DNA of 64,000 nucleotides from Styela clava (lineage: Eukaryota). Positions 12,107-25,777 of this stretch are shown here, piece after piece. Made by a program: the position numbers and the translations under genes. The DNA lies in contig NC_135257.1 of assembly GCF_964204865.1 (NCBI RefSeq), forward strand, positions 23,126,001 through 23,190,000. Reading direction: 5' to 3'. Position 1 is the first letter of the stretch. Every line of letters begins with the position of its first letter. The notes beneath the pieces are model-generated. The model made no database searches and was not told where the DNA came from. It saw nothing but the letters and a program-made list of their open reading frames with translations.

Positions 12107-14347
12107 TATAATGAAACGTCTGTCTGGTTGTTTTTTGTTCCTTTATTATCAATAAAATATAAATCATTGAATCCCAGTTAAATTTATTCGATTAGCCTCA
12201 CACCGATCCATGTCGTTATCACAGCTATAATGAGGTAAATTAAATTATGGTAAATTTTTATTATCCAAACGTAAAAATTATTCCTACTTTTGAAATTTTT
12301 CAGTCTTGCAAACAATTTATTTAAAATCATATTTTTACGAATAATAGTTGGGCTTTTCATAATGTTATTTTCATTGTTTTGCTGATCTTACTATACTGAG
12401 CTGTGAAATATTTAAATTTGAGTGAAAATTGAAGACTTATTCGCGTAATTTTGGAATTTGAGAATTTTAACTCCTAATAAATTCGGATAATGTACAATAA
12501 CTTTATTTTTTTTTGCTGTCTCTCAAAGGTATCAGGTTGGTCACGAAATAGGTTCGTGAAATTAGAATAATTTATCTCGTGAGAACACAAGGACTGAAAT
12601 TAATTGAAAAAGCAGAAAGCTGAAAAAATTATCCAAATTGTTTCAACAATGGATGAAAACATTAAAAGGTTTAAACATAACATTATTACGTTTTTAATGC
12701 AAAAAGTCTGAGAATGCATCCTTTCGTTGGATCGGTTGTCGTATCATATCGTCCATCTGGGTTAATTCGAAACTCGTCGCCAATTTTACAGCTTGGCAAA
12801 TGTTCACAAAATTTACTGACCCAAAAACGATGGAACTCGTAACTCAGATTTATTTTAAATGCCGTTTTATTTATTTAGACAAGACTAGTTAATATTACAT
12901 ACAACATAGTATAGATAAAAATGATGACAAAATAGATATTGGCAGTGAAAAAGCAACACAGAACCTTAGGAATTAATTACTCGGAAAATTACATGAAGGG
13001 AGAACTTTGGTCGGTGGGTTTGTTCAAATTGACAATGATCTTGATCAACTTTGACAGATTGAAATATGGCTGTGGTCTGAGGTTTGGAGCTCTTTATGAC
13101 GGTAGTGATTAAAAATTTTTCAATCCCAGTGAAATTATCCAACAATATAATGGGACGTAGAACAGAGTATAAATGTTGGGAAATTTGACTTTAGAAAGTG
13201 AAATTGGTAACTTTGACAATAGAACAGTAGATATATTCAAAAGATAAATAGACCCAATTCCTTTGCACATCATGTTAGAATCATCCTTCCTATGTCAATG
13301 GTGAACAGCCTCTGTAGATGTGTGGGTTTGTGGGGGATAATTATGTGCGACAGCATTACTGGGTGGTTCATCTATCCTATGGTGAATTAGGATTTCCCCC
13401 ATCATCCGGTTTCAAACGTTTCGAACGATGAACTCTTATTATCATTGCATTGGGCACAGAAAGCTGTGGTTCTTCATGCAAGTTTTATACTTTTTTCTGT
13501 CCTGAGATAAATGCTAAATATAATGGTGTATTCGAGATGCTGAGGGTTATTGTTATCGAATAAAGAAAATGTGATATATATCTAACATATGGCAACAAAA
13601 CATATTACATTAAATTATATCAGTGTTAAAAAATATATGGAACAGTTCCATATCTAATAACAGGACTAGCAAACTGGATTATAATGGATAAACATTCAAT
13701 TTGAATAAGTTTCTCTACACCAATAATCGTAAAGGCGACTTTGATAACTATAAATGGGGAATGTATATGAATGCAAAAACAAGGACTTGTTGGGCAGTAA
13801 AGGAAATGGATTTAAATTTCAAGGCGACATATAATAACTAGACTAGTAGACACAACACATACTTTTGCTGTTCATTTATTGTCATAGTGAAGGTATTATG
13901 ATGCTGATCATTCAATTTCAATTACATTCTCGACAAGTTACCATTTAGATGCAGGTTCTGCTACTACATGTTCGATTTGAGGCAACATATAATAATTGAG
14001 TCAGTGGAAGAGAGCCCGCAAAAAGAGAAATGGGCGCAAACTTCAGGTGACAGATGTTACTATGCAGCGTGGACAATAAATACAAAATCAAAAAACGGCT
14101 TATAATGACTAACTTGAGCAGCGTGGAAATAGTTGCAATATTTTATGCGACATATATTATAAACCTCAACAGTGAGGAGGATGGCTGATCAAATCTGGAC
14201 AATAACTGTGACGTTGCATTGATGTAAACGTAACACATACTTTTGTGGCAACATGGCAAAGCAATCTAATAAAAAAATGGCTGCTAAATTTCGGATAAGT
14301 GAATTGATCACATGGCGTTTTTACTTCCATTATGTCTGCGTCGTTAT

Positions 14348-15683
14348 TTACTCACCCCGGTCCTTGTTCCTGGGATCAAAATATGCCGTATCCATATCAT
14401 TGTCCGGTGTCGCACAAACTGCGGGGTTATAGAGGTTCAAATTAGTCCAGTTGAGGGAGCCAAAGATCTCAGAGCTGCAAATATCTAAACGTGAATAAAA
14501 AACTCTCATTGAACAAAAATGGACTATCGACTCTCTTAAAGTAGGAGGAAAGTAATAGACAAAAAAAAAAACTTCTGTGAATTCTTAGCTGAGTAACGAC
14601 CCAACAGGTCATTTAAAATGGAGTTACTCCCGTAGTGTGTGTACCAGGCTAGGGTTAGAACATTATATATGACGTGCTCTCAACTGGGTCACATTCAGGT
14701 CAAATTAGGAAACTAGTTAAACAGGTTGTTGGAAGGAGTCATACCTAATGGTTTCGATGGCAAGGATTTCGGACAGAATTATACATTATATTCTCCTATC
14801 TTTAGAATTCCCTCTTTCGTCTGGTTTCAGAGTCAAAAGCTTTAAAATTAGTGAGGTTGCCGGTTCGGATAACGCTTCGTCACCTTCTGACCATTCCATC
14901 TCTGTAGGAAAAAACTTATTTACTTCAAAAATGTTTTGCTTTGGAAACAATCCCTACAAGTTACCATATATTTGGTCTATCTATGGAAAGTATAGACAAG
15001 GGTGTAGCAAAGAAATAATGTAAAAGAGACTCATCTCTGAGCAAAGTTACCGGAACTCAATCAGAAGTAAACGAGACCCATCTCTGAGCAAAGTTACCGG
15101 CACTCACTCAGAAATAAATAAGACTCATATCCGAGCAAAGTGTCGGGCACTCACTCAGAAGTAAAGGAGACTCATCTCTAAACAAATTATGGGTATCTCT
15201 GAGTAATGTAACATACACTAACTCAGAATTAAGGACGCTCATTTTTGAAGAAAGTTACTGTCACCGTGGCCCCCTAGAATCAGTTCCCAGTCACAATTCT
15301 AGGCTCAAAACTGATTTGACTTTCATCTTCACAAAAAATTTCCTGTTCCTCCCACTTTCATTGCTTGATAAGTTTATTGTTGAGTATGGATTGTTCGATT
15401 TGGAACCCACCTATCAAAATACAACTGGAATGATACATAGGGGACTATAGGTCACTGAACGAACCCCCTGCGGAAGGGAGCCACGAGCCATGAAAGGTAT
15501 GAACCACTGCTATATAGAATTATGGTGTTGCATTACGGCATTACAATTTATGACATACAGCATCAGGATGGTTTCACCAGTAGCAGATGGCTATATGCAA
15601 AAGCATATGATGGATATAATAAGCAATTAAATTGTCTCAACGGTTTCTTTTGACACTTCTCGGAGTTTGCAGAGGAGTTGGTT
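14348..15683 (-). pseudogene. MASTL: Decayed Greatwall/MASTL-like Ser/Thr kinase relic (C-terminal exons)
   Basis: Collinear minus-strand segments match the MASTL C-terminus as I recall it: EPTPLQTPRSVKR (15683-15643; cf. TPYRTPKSVRR), EPRIV..ELILGGHG (15342-15265; GTPDYLAP deleted), MEWSEGDEALSEPATSLILKLLTLKPDERGNSK (14901-14800; cf. [23 protein letters not shown]; donor mutated), DICSSEIFGSLNWTNL...PDNDMDTAYFDPRN (14484-14348; cf. PDDETDTSYFEARN). Confidence 0.75.
15020..15260. repeat. Degenerate 47-bp tandem repeat (about 5 units)
   Basis: GAGACTCATCTCTGAGCAAAGTT...CTCAGAAGTAAA at 47-bp spacing. A more decayed relative lies at ~42440-42670. Confidence 0.75.
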
Positions 15684-16485
15684 CCAAAGCCATGTGTCTC
15701 ATCGAGGTCAAAAGTGGCAACGGATTGGGAGTTTTGTCTGATCAAATTACGAGATTTTGAGAATGAAGGAATCGGGAGTGAAATATATCAAGTTTGGATA
15801 TACGCAATAGCTCCTCCCGGTGGGAAAATACCAAATTCTCCTCCGCGAATGTGACAGAAGTCCGTGCAACAGTGGGTTTCGTTTCAGTTGCTCTGGATAA
15901 AACAACTTCTGGTGAGGAAAAGTTGGCAGCTATAGACTCCAGCTCAGACTTAGCCATAGACTCTGATGCAGCCATTATAATAGCCTCCGGTGCAATCATA
16001 TCTACCTACGGTTGACTGATTTTTGTTGGACTGGTGACACATCAATTGTTCATATGCGGAGGGGGTAGATCTAGGTGGATCTATCACCAGCGAATTGTCC
16101 AGATCTTAAAACCTTAGGCGGAATGCTGCTGCTCTGGAAAAAGATAAAATATGCTGAGTCAGCAAAATCAATATGCCGGAAATCCGCCATCAGCTAAAGG
16201 AGAATTTTTAATCTTCTATATGGCGAGGAAAGCTGACAATATTATTTCAAAGTGTCATTCCGATCCAATAACCAAATCCAACACTAGACTCCTGGTCCAT
16301 ATAAAATGTGGCTTCGAGTTGAAGTTGTTTTGAAATTTGGATACTGACACACCCTCGAACTCACGAGAAACTTGAATTTTGGAGTATGTAAACGTTTTGA
16401 CTGAATATTATTGTATGAAAAATCCAAAATTAATATATTTTTTCAAGTAGTTAGCCATAGTGCTTGGTTGACTATAAGCTCCCAC

Positions 16486-19400
16486 CAGTGGCGACGCGTG
16501 GTCATTTTGACAACCGGGGCAAGCTACTGCGGGACTAAGTCACCCCCATCTACGGGGACAGGATGAGCGCTGTAAGTTCTCCCATCATTTTATGAGTATA
16601 AAAACCATTCCATCGGTAACAACCAATCGGCAAAAGCGACAATTTTTAACGATAAGAAAGTGTCTTTAAAACCGGTCCAAGTCAAGGATTATTAACTATA
16701 GACTTAGTTTATTTTAAAAACCTCTTTCAAAATGAAAGGCAATATTTACCCAGATAAATACAATGACATATTAACAGAAACTTCGGGAAAGCAGACAAAA
16801 CCTAAAATAAGGTTTAAAACGTTACTATGAAGAAAGGAAAGTTAATGCAAAGATAAGGACATGCGTCGCTCACTCATAGATATATATGCTGCTAGACTTC
16901 TACTGCTTGAACATATATGCAACACGCCGCGGTTTCTTGGAAGCAAAATGCTCAATAACGCGCTGATTAAAGTCATGCATCCCTGAAATAACGTCTCTGT
17001 GAATGGATAAAACAGCCAAGGAATTTAATCTATCTTGCTTCATTGTGTTTCTGAGATACGTTTTAATACGCTTCAGCGTGCTGAATGTTCGCTCTGCGTC
17101 GGCGGAAGAAATAGGCGTCGTCAAAATGATGTCCAGAAATTTTGCAGACGACGCCAAGGTAGTTACTAGAGTGTTATCTATGAGGAACCCATAGAGCGCG
17201 CAAGTTGATGTGATGTTCAAAAAAGTTTGATTGGTGTATATACTGCGCAATTTATTTTCCAATTTACCCACGTTTATCATGGGGTAAAATTTGGAGACAG
17301 TAGCCAACAAATGGATGGGAAATTGACGTGCAAATTTTGAAAAATTTTTGGGGTTCATCAAAGAGAACGCGGCAAAGTGTTCAGTGCGCAGACGATCGCC
17401 TATTTGATTCACCAGAATGTCACAGCATTCCTTTGCAGACAAAATCAAACGCTGCGTTGTTTGCCCGCGGCGTAAAGAAGCACTCCATGTATCGTCGTAT
17501 TTTATTGTTTCCCGGATACGAGATACAGCATCGCAGAAGTCTGAAATACACGACTGCACAGACGCTCCATCCATTAGCCTTGACTGCAATGCGCCGTATA
17601 ATACATCCACGTGATAGAATATTGTGGAGAAAAAGGCGAGAAAAAATGAAAACTCACCATCTTCTAGCAGACGCTTTAGACCTGCCGCCTCCCTCACAGA
17701 GCGTTCGTCCCAAACCGGAGAGCTCTGAATGCCATTGAAACACTCAATGAGCTCAGACTTAATTTCGGACACGCCCTGCACCACGCATGATTGGAAGTTC
17801 CAACGTGTTGGTGCACAAGCTGGGAGACGGCGGCTACATATCTGGCGAAGGAGGTCAGAGCGCTTCGGCGAAACGGAAAAAAATGAAGAAAACCCCGAAA
17901 CATTTGCAAAAAATATACGGACTAGAGGGGTTTCAAGACACATATTTTTAATAACGAGTTTAAATTGGTGTGCATAACAATGTAAAAAATGCGCATGAGG
18001 AAAATCTTCTTTTATATAAACTTGAACACCATGTTTCGACCCACTCATGACTGCCGCGCCGTCATAAGTTTGAGCTATCAATTTTGACTTCGCGTTGTAA
18101 GGCTGTAACACTTCTTTCAGTATAGCCGATATCCTGCAAGCCGTGCGATCAACGATTGGTACAAAGCTGTGAAATGTCTCGGTAGGTTTACCATCTTTCA
18201 CAAACCGAAAAATCACAGCCAGTTGGGAAACGCACGTGGTGTCAGTTGTCTCGTCAGACTGAATCGAAAGGAACTGGCAATTCTCAATTTCCAGAGCCAA
18301 ATGTTGTAAATAAATTTTATACATTGAGTCGAGCAAATCATTTTGGATATCCTTAAATGTCCCTTTCGAAACAGTTGCGGCATCAAGAAGATCTCTCAAT
18401 ACTGTATCTAGGGATGCGGTGTATTCCACCATATCCAAAAATACCCCTCTGTTAGAAGAGCCACGAGCCTATCATCGTGCCCACGGAGGGACAGCTCGTG
18501 ACAACCAATGAACTTTAAAACATCTATCAATCTACCGAGAACATGGCGGGTTTTCTCGACGTTTTGGTTGTGCCGACTAATAGAAACCGCGCGTCCTTCA
18601 TCCAACTGTGCTGCAATATTAACATTTCCGAATGTTCGGTATTTTACTGCATTGTTCAAATGCTCCATAGAAGATTGATGATCCCTGGCACGCTCGGAAA
18701 GATGTTTAAGATCTCTAAAACCAAATTTACACCAACGTGAGTCACGGGCGGTAGCAAAAAGTAGGCAATAAAACAAAAAAGTGCATTTTTGTCCTCGCTG
18801 TAACACAAACATTCGTGTTTTTTATACCAAGTTTCTGAGCAGAATGTACGCCGATGCTTTCCTCCGTCATGGGATTGTTCCAGTGAACAATTTTTTGGCT
18901 GATAAGGTCCAAGACGTTGTACCTCTAATTTTTGTTCCAGCGGCAGCTGCGATAACGGAGTGCGAAGTGGTGCATCAACCTTATACATTATGAGGTCTAA
19001 GGCTAAGAAATGCGAAGCCGGAAAGAAGTGAGGAGCTCAAAAGGAATGTGGAAAATCGAAAGCAAATGGAATAAAGGTCTCTAACTGATTCAAATAGCGA
19101 AACAAGCGACAAAAACGAAGGCGAGGAAACTATCAACTCTTCAAGCAACCAACGAACGAGAAGGAATGCGTGAATATGTCAACACGTTGTTGTAAGAAAC
19201 GTCGGCATTGTGTCGTCATAATTTCGGGGCTAGCCCCGATCGGCCCCGATGATTTAGTAAAAGAAACAGAAAACAAACGAGACAAACGCGGCGAGTGGAA
19301 GATAAAAGAGAGAATACGATATACAATGAGCAACCGGGGCAAAATCGGCGTCGCCCCGTCGACGTTTGGCGAAGGCTTTGCGAGCGAAAAATGAACCATG

Positions 19401-19528
19401 TCGGGAGAATATGGCTAGTGTAGACAGTCTGTGCAACCGATATTGAGGTATTTTTCGAATATTTTTTATTATACCGAAAAAACAACCGGGGCATTGCCCC
19501 GGTTGGCCCTATTGACGCGCCGCCACTG
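16486..19528 (-). mobile_element. Full-length hAT DNA transposon (3043 bp)
   Basis: TIRs CAGTGGCGACGCGT / ACGCGCCGCCACTG (one mismatch in 14 bp). Perfect 8-bp TSD GCTCCCAC at 16478-16485 and 19529-19536. Subterminal CAACCGGGGCA motifs. GC content is higher than in the host sequence. Confidence 0.95.
16900..18988 (-). CDS. hAT transposase (ZMYM1-like: TTF-type zinc finger, DUF4371, C-terminal dimerization domain), broken by two frameshifts
   Basis: The 512-aa ORF 18438-16900 has SDETTD, YDGA, CYAH, TRWN and AERTFS-L-RIK motifs. The N-terminus continues in ORFs 18812-18408 and 18988-18656, with frameshifts near 18770 (homopolymer) and 18470. Confidence 0.88.
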
Positions 19529-21766
19529 GCTCCCACCCATCACCCAATCTGCCTAGTTACTACTTCACCCGTAGGTAGATATTACTAAGATTGATCATGC
19601 TTTAAATATGAGAGTGTGAGGGCGTAGTGATTTTATTTCTAATCTGGGAACATCCAAGTGTCCAAGACCAGAACGCCACTGATGTGTTGGCCAAAGTTTG
19701 AATGCCAAGGAAGATCATTATGAGTAAATACAATGCGGCACTTCCATTATCTAACTGGGTATCTGTTCTACACCAGACTTGGACTGGTAACATGCCGTTT
19801 CAGAAGTATGTGCTAAAATGAAGGTAAATAACTTTGTTGGCCTACTTCACATCAAGTTGTGTGAAGGGACAGAAACTTATGGGCAGGGGGTATATTCACT
19901 TGGCTTACACAGACAGTGACTAAACTCGTAATAGAACTAAAATGAAGAAAATCAGAACCAAATTATGGCCTAAACCTGGTACACATACTACAGGAGTACC
20001 TGTAACATTTCCCTGAAAATCTTTTCACCTGTCTTCATCTCATGGGGCAGTGAATGAGGCGTCTTCTACGTTGCCACGGACAACTTCGACTGATTCAACA
20101 ATACATTGGAATGGAGTAGAATGTGTTGGGATCATCGATGATGCGTGAAGGTCAGGGGTCATGAGAACTATCTTTTTCTAAAAAGCAAAGCATTCTGAGT
20201 AAGGGTGAAAACAGGCAATTAATTTACTCACTGAACAGAGCTTGCTGAAAATCATTGATGACAAATGCATCACTTTGAAAATAAACGTATTATCTCAGTA
20301 GGTTCTAAAAATTACAAGTCATAGCATCTAATTATCTCAGGCTTCTAAACATGATTGGTCAAACAGCTAATGAGAGAGGTAACTTTTGTTAACGATAGAA
20401 ACCAACACATAAACAACATAAATCAGCAAGACTCATGGGTCTGCTTTGTGGTATGTTCTTCTGGAAGACATGTTAATCTTTGACTACCATTAAATAAAAA
20501 AGCGTGTCATCACAATTATAATATTTTGACGAATCTTTCCACATACCTGCATAGGATGAGAATGGCAGCTTGCCTTGGTTGTCTTTTACACCTGTGATGG
20601 AAAATATCAATATTAAAACACAACTGGCTCCTAGGATTATCCTTATCTATAAATGCTGAAAATAATGGGCTCAGTAATTGATAGGGGCGATTTTGGGTCT
20701 GAATTTGTGCCTACCTACCCAAAAATGAGCACTTGCAGTCTACTAAAGAATTTATTCAATCTTATGTATCTAATTTCAGCAAATATACAAAATAAATCCG
20801 AGTTCGCAGACTTTTCCCGGCTTAAATTTATTCTTCGCAACGTTGGGACTCTATAATTTGACGTTTTTCTCTCATAGCAGAAACACCCCTTCCCCAAAAA
20901 GCCCCGCCTTGTAGGCTGCCGATCTTGAAATAAAATCTTGTTTTTGTCGTTGTTCGCATGATGTCGCTCTTTCACGCGATGTGTTTTAAGCGACGAAAAA
21001 AGCGCGAGGTGTCGCTATTAAAAAGATTTTATTTTGCTTGTCCATCATACCCCGGGGGTCCAACTTACCCCGAGTTCCGACCTACTTGCCTATATCTGAA
21101 ATTCCAGTTCCAACTCGCCCTGCTCGGGTGTTAGCGCATCGGAATAAGCATTAGTATTGCATTTACCATCGCACCCTGCAAAAGTTCAAATCCTGTGAAC
21201 GGATAACTACGGGCAAGAAAATTGAAATTATTAATTAATATAAACAAATTAGTAACTGGTCGATTATGGCTTCCTCTACCATCAAGTCCTTGCGTTTGGA
21301 ACAAAACAACTGAATAAGTATTCCCATACACGACCGGTAAACAAGCAAAAGGCTATGGTTTGCCACGTGATTAAACTCTGTCTGTTTTATTTTAACCAGA
21401 ACAAAATCTTAACAATTCCCGAAAATTGGAAGATGGTTTTAGGTGTGGCTGTTATACCAGTGAAAAAACGCCACGTTCTGGATACTGCAGATTGTGCTCG
21501 ACATGTTATTAATAATTGCGCGCTCGCTAACCCTGAACTCGCTGAATTTTAAACAACTTTTTAGAATACGAAAATTATTAATTTAATGTTATGGTTGGAG
21601 GGAGTGATTTGAACATTAAAATTTCCTGCGCAGGATGCACTCCTACTAAATAAAAACCATTTTGATTATTTTGAATGTTAGCAGGGGCGTTTTCTTGGCA
21701 GGGGTTTTATACAAAAGATCCCAAAAAACATAACAATTTCTCTTTTTGTCTTTGTTGAATAATAAC

Positions 21767-22100
21767 CGCGCGGCGGTGTGGCTCAACGGCGCGGCGGTGT
21801 GGCTCAACGGGCTAAGCGTTAGGAATACGCTCGCCACCGCACCTCTAATTACTCTGCGTGGGTTCGCAGGTTCGAATCCCATGCAGGGACGGTTATGTGC
21901 GAGAGGATTGCTGGACTCCTCGCCGTCGTTGGGTGGTTCACGTAACCGCTGGTCGGTTACGGCTTCCTCCACCACCAAGTCCATGCTTCCGAAAACAAAC
22001 AATACAGTAAAACTAATCCCATACCCGACTTGGAATGGTAACCGGACGAGACTTATCGGCTTTCCTCTCCCCCGGGATAAATATGTAAATCTTATCCTAT
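21767..22100 (+). mobile_element. tRNA-derived SINE with a duplicated 20-nt head
   Basis: A-box-like TGGCTCAACGG and B-box GGTTCGAATCC followed by a ~230-bp non-tRNA body. A second diverged copy lies at 47280-47613. Confidence 0.8.
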
Positions 22101-25100
22101 ATGTCTAAGGAAGTCTGACCTTGCTCAGACAAAGAATCACAGAAATATATTCGTCTTAGAGTGAATCTAGACTTTTGATAAGTGTAAGCCTTTTAAATGA
22201 TATCAGCTCAAAAATTATGTAACGGTTCAACATTTAAAATGGCAAAGATAGATGACAGTAAATAAAATATGCGGATCTAAACAATTAATTTGGATAGGAT
22301 TCTCGACAAATAACATTTTGAATGCAGGTTTAGCTTTTGCATGTTTAATTAAATGCGACGTATAATAATTGAGTCAGTGGAAGAGAGCTCGCAAAATCTA
22401 GGAAAAGCAAAAACAAGCTGAAATCTGAAGACGAGAAATTTTATAAAATTTGTATATGAGTTTGCCTTGAATAAAAGTCGGTAGAGTACTAATTCAAAAG
22501 TTGCAAGTTTGCTCAAAGCAAGGTCACTAGAACTGAACTAAAATAGGAAAGTGTTCTACTAGAACTGTTTTAAGTTTGCTCAGAGCAAGGTCACTAGAAC
22601 TGGACTAAAATAGGAAAGTGTTCTACTAGAACTGTTTTAAGTTTGCTCAGAGCAAGGACCCGATCCCACAACTAGAAGTAGAAAGAGTACTGTTAGTAGA
22701 GTCGGAAACGACCGTTGATGTTTAAAAAACAAATACCAAAGTTAAATTAGTCAAAATATTTGGAATGAATCTTCATAATATATTAAACGTTTTTTTAATC
22801 AAACACACAGAACAATTAGAAATATAAGATTTAAAAATATTTTACAAGTTTTTAGAGTAATCATTTATTTGGATTTGCTCATCCATAGTTTGGAGATTTT
22901 TTTTACACAGCTTGGTATGAAGTACACAGTAAATAATAACGTTCATATTTTCATTTTCTCAAAAATCAATGCACAAATCTGAAAGGCGAGAAAACTCGCA
23001 AATGACAGAGAATGGTAAATGACATGAACATAAGACTTGTTTCTAATGAGTTTCGCAGGTCAAAGTTCAATCTCATTGCCTACAACCGTACCCAAGATAT
23101 AGAAATCTGGTATCCAAGGACTACTGTTTATGAAAGGGGAAGAATCTATTACAGCCTGAATGAGGTGGTGTGTGTTATCTCTGATCGCTTGACATTAAAA
23201 AACTTACCAGTACCGCCCAAATTACTTCACCATGATATATTACACAATGGTTAACAGTTAAAGTTAAGTATGGGAACCAAGATTTAGTGAATCAGTGTGG
23301 GTCAGTTTTATAAAATCCCAAGTTAACTTGAAAATATATAAGTCCAGGTAAAAAACTCACGGACCGGCATGAAATTTTGAAATTGCCGACAGAAGCCTTA
23401 TCAGCCGACCCTGTGGGTTCACCTTTGACCTTTGATGAGAGTGAAATCGACGACCCGTTTAAGACTCGGCACGAGATTCCACATGAATAATATTTTATCT
23501 TCAATTTATTTTTTTTATAAACTTTTCGTAGATAATTAATTTTATTGAGCGAAATTCGATATCATTGAATTAAGTTCGGCCATTCGTTGGTTCTCACTGA
23601 TCAAAGACAGACTATGCAATTTCCCTGACAGTGTTGAATGTTTTCAAGTCCTATGTCAACCGCTATTCACTGACATATCCTATACAAGTATGAACTAATT
23701 TAGAGATTTAATTTAGAGTTTCAGTGATTACATGCAATTTCTTTTCCATGTGTATGTTTTTACTTTTATTAAGAGATCTTGCATTGAGAAAGCTCGCAAC
23801 TTTTTTATTGGTATCATTTCCAATTTTAGTTGAAGGTTCTGCACCTTGCTTCAGGCAAACTTCCAACTCTTCTATTAGTACTCTTTCCACTGGGGCTCGG
23901 CACCTTGCTTTGAACAAACTTGCAACCCTTTTATTAGTACTCTTTCCACTTTTAATTGTGGGTATGGGAACTTTCAGCTGAAACATCCAATGATTTTGGA
24001 TTTCAAGCCTTATTTCATGCATATTTGTTTTTAAACTAATTCATTGCACCTCCTAGCACGTTATAGCCAGTGTTTTGGTTATAATTTAATATTTTGTACA
24101 AATGCTTTTAGATTGTCAAACAGAAGATTTATGTTTTTATAATTCATGTAAAGTTGGAATAATTTATCCATTTGTATATTGAGTGCGGTTTGTCGAAAGC
24201 AGTAATATAATCAGAAATGAGCGTGTCTGAGCTATCTTTATCCATACCGGTTTGCCAGACCATTCGCGAACGCTTGATAGGTTTAAATTCCAGAGGAAAT
24301 ATGGAATAAAATTGCTGACAAACTACCTCAGTAATTTTACACCTATCTTTTATTAGCATTGGCAAAGTTATAAACAAATTGTAGATTTTATTAGCATATG
24401 TAAACTGATATTTTGAAATTTATTGCGATTCCGTTAAAAATAGAATATTGCAATATACTAAAATTAATTCGGTGTCTATCGAATAATGAACGTCACGCGT
24501 AACCGCTAATATGATTAAGATCTGAAACTGCGTCACGAAATAACAAGCGTCTGCTCCTATAACTGTGGTAAATTTTTAGGCATAAAAGAGACGCTAGAGA
24601 AACTATATTATCAGAATAGTTTTAATATCGACTATATGAAGGCAACTAACTGGTTGATAGGATAGATCGCGAGAATCTGAGTTTGAAAGAAAAAACTACC
24701 TGCGATACAAGCAACAGTTAGACTTATCTAATATGCGCTGAGAAGTCTTGATATCGTTAAATTATATATAATCAGTTTTAAAACTTATCAAATGCAACTA
24801 CACTTGAGGGCAGCGGAAGACTGAAATATAGATTTGCAGTAGACTACAAATAATGTCAGAATTGCCGCATTTTGGAAAATTCATATAATAACAAAGAGTA
24901 GCGAATATTTCCAATAAAGTGTGTCTTATATGTCAGCTAAACAAAGTTCGTCGTTTTTGAATGGGCTATTATCTATCAGGATATGCCGTAACACGCAATG
25001 ACACTTCTGATAAAGCTACTTTGTATCTGAATAGGATATGCCACTTCTCTAAAAACACTAAGCTATTTCTGGAAAGGGAGTTTTAAAAACTGCTACATTT

Positions 25101-25777
25101 TTTTTATGAAGTATGCCTTTCTTAATTAAATCGGCCGCGTTCATTTTCTAAAATAAACGTTTTTAGAAAATGCCCATAGCGTTTCTAAAAATGCAAGTTT
25201 TCTTTCAAATGGGCTATGTGTTCTTGCTAATTTGTCAATATCGCATCAAAAGCTGTAGCACCGATCGATGTATCTAAGCCTGGATTATGCAAAACGCAGC
25301 TGAGTTATTGATAAATCATCGTATAGTTATGACAATTTTACAACCAACTTTCAATAGCAATATAATATTGTATTCTTACAGCGTGTTGAAGAATAACTCG
25401 TTTACGAAGTTACTATCAGATAAATTAGTTTAACATGAACCGAGATTAAATTCCAGTTAAATAGTTTTGTAAGAAGGACACAGAGAAAGCAGAGTTGTTA
25501 GTCCATCTGAGAAGTTCAACAGACTTAAATATATTTTCATATTACAATATATAACGACATTAAACTTTGACGCCATCTAAAAAAATTGACACATGCCAAA
25601 TATTCTGTATTTCTACGCATTGACAAACCAGAGCAATGGTAGCGGATCCTTCCTAATTTATTACCTGGGGTTATGAATGGGGCAGTGCACATTTTAAAGC
25701 TAAAGCTGTCTGCTGTATATAGTTTATAGAATTTTCACTGCACAATAATGAGAATTTGTTCCACATTAGAATAACCC

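Noticed and set aside
17003-19536. Multiple overlapping short ORFs inside the hAT element
   Set aside because: Antisense or alternate-frame shadows of the GC-richer transposase region and its termini.
21355-21552. Possible exon of another gene (NKILTIPENWKMVLG...)
   Set aside because: No recognisable homology or supporting neighbouring exons. It cannot be supported without a database search.
21767-21885. tRNA gene
   Set aside because: It has A/B boxes but no clean cloverleaf, and it continues into a body shared with a second dispersed copy, so it is a SINE.
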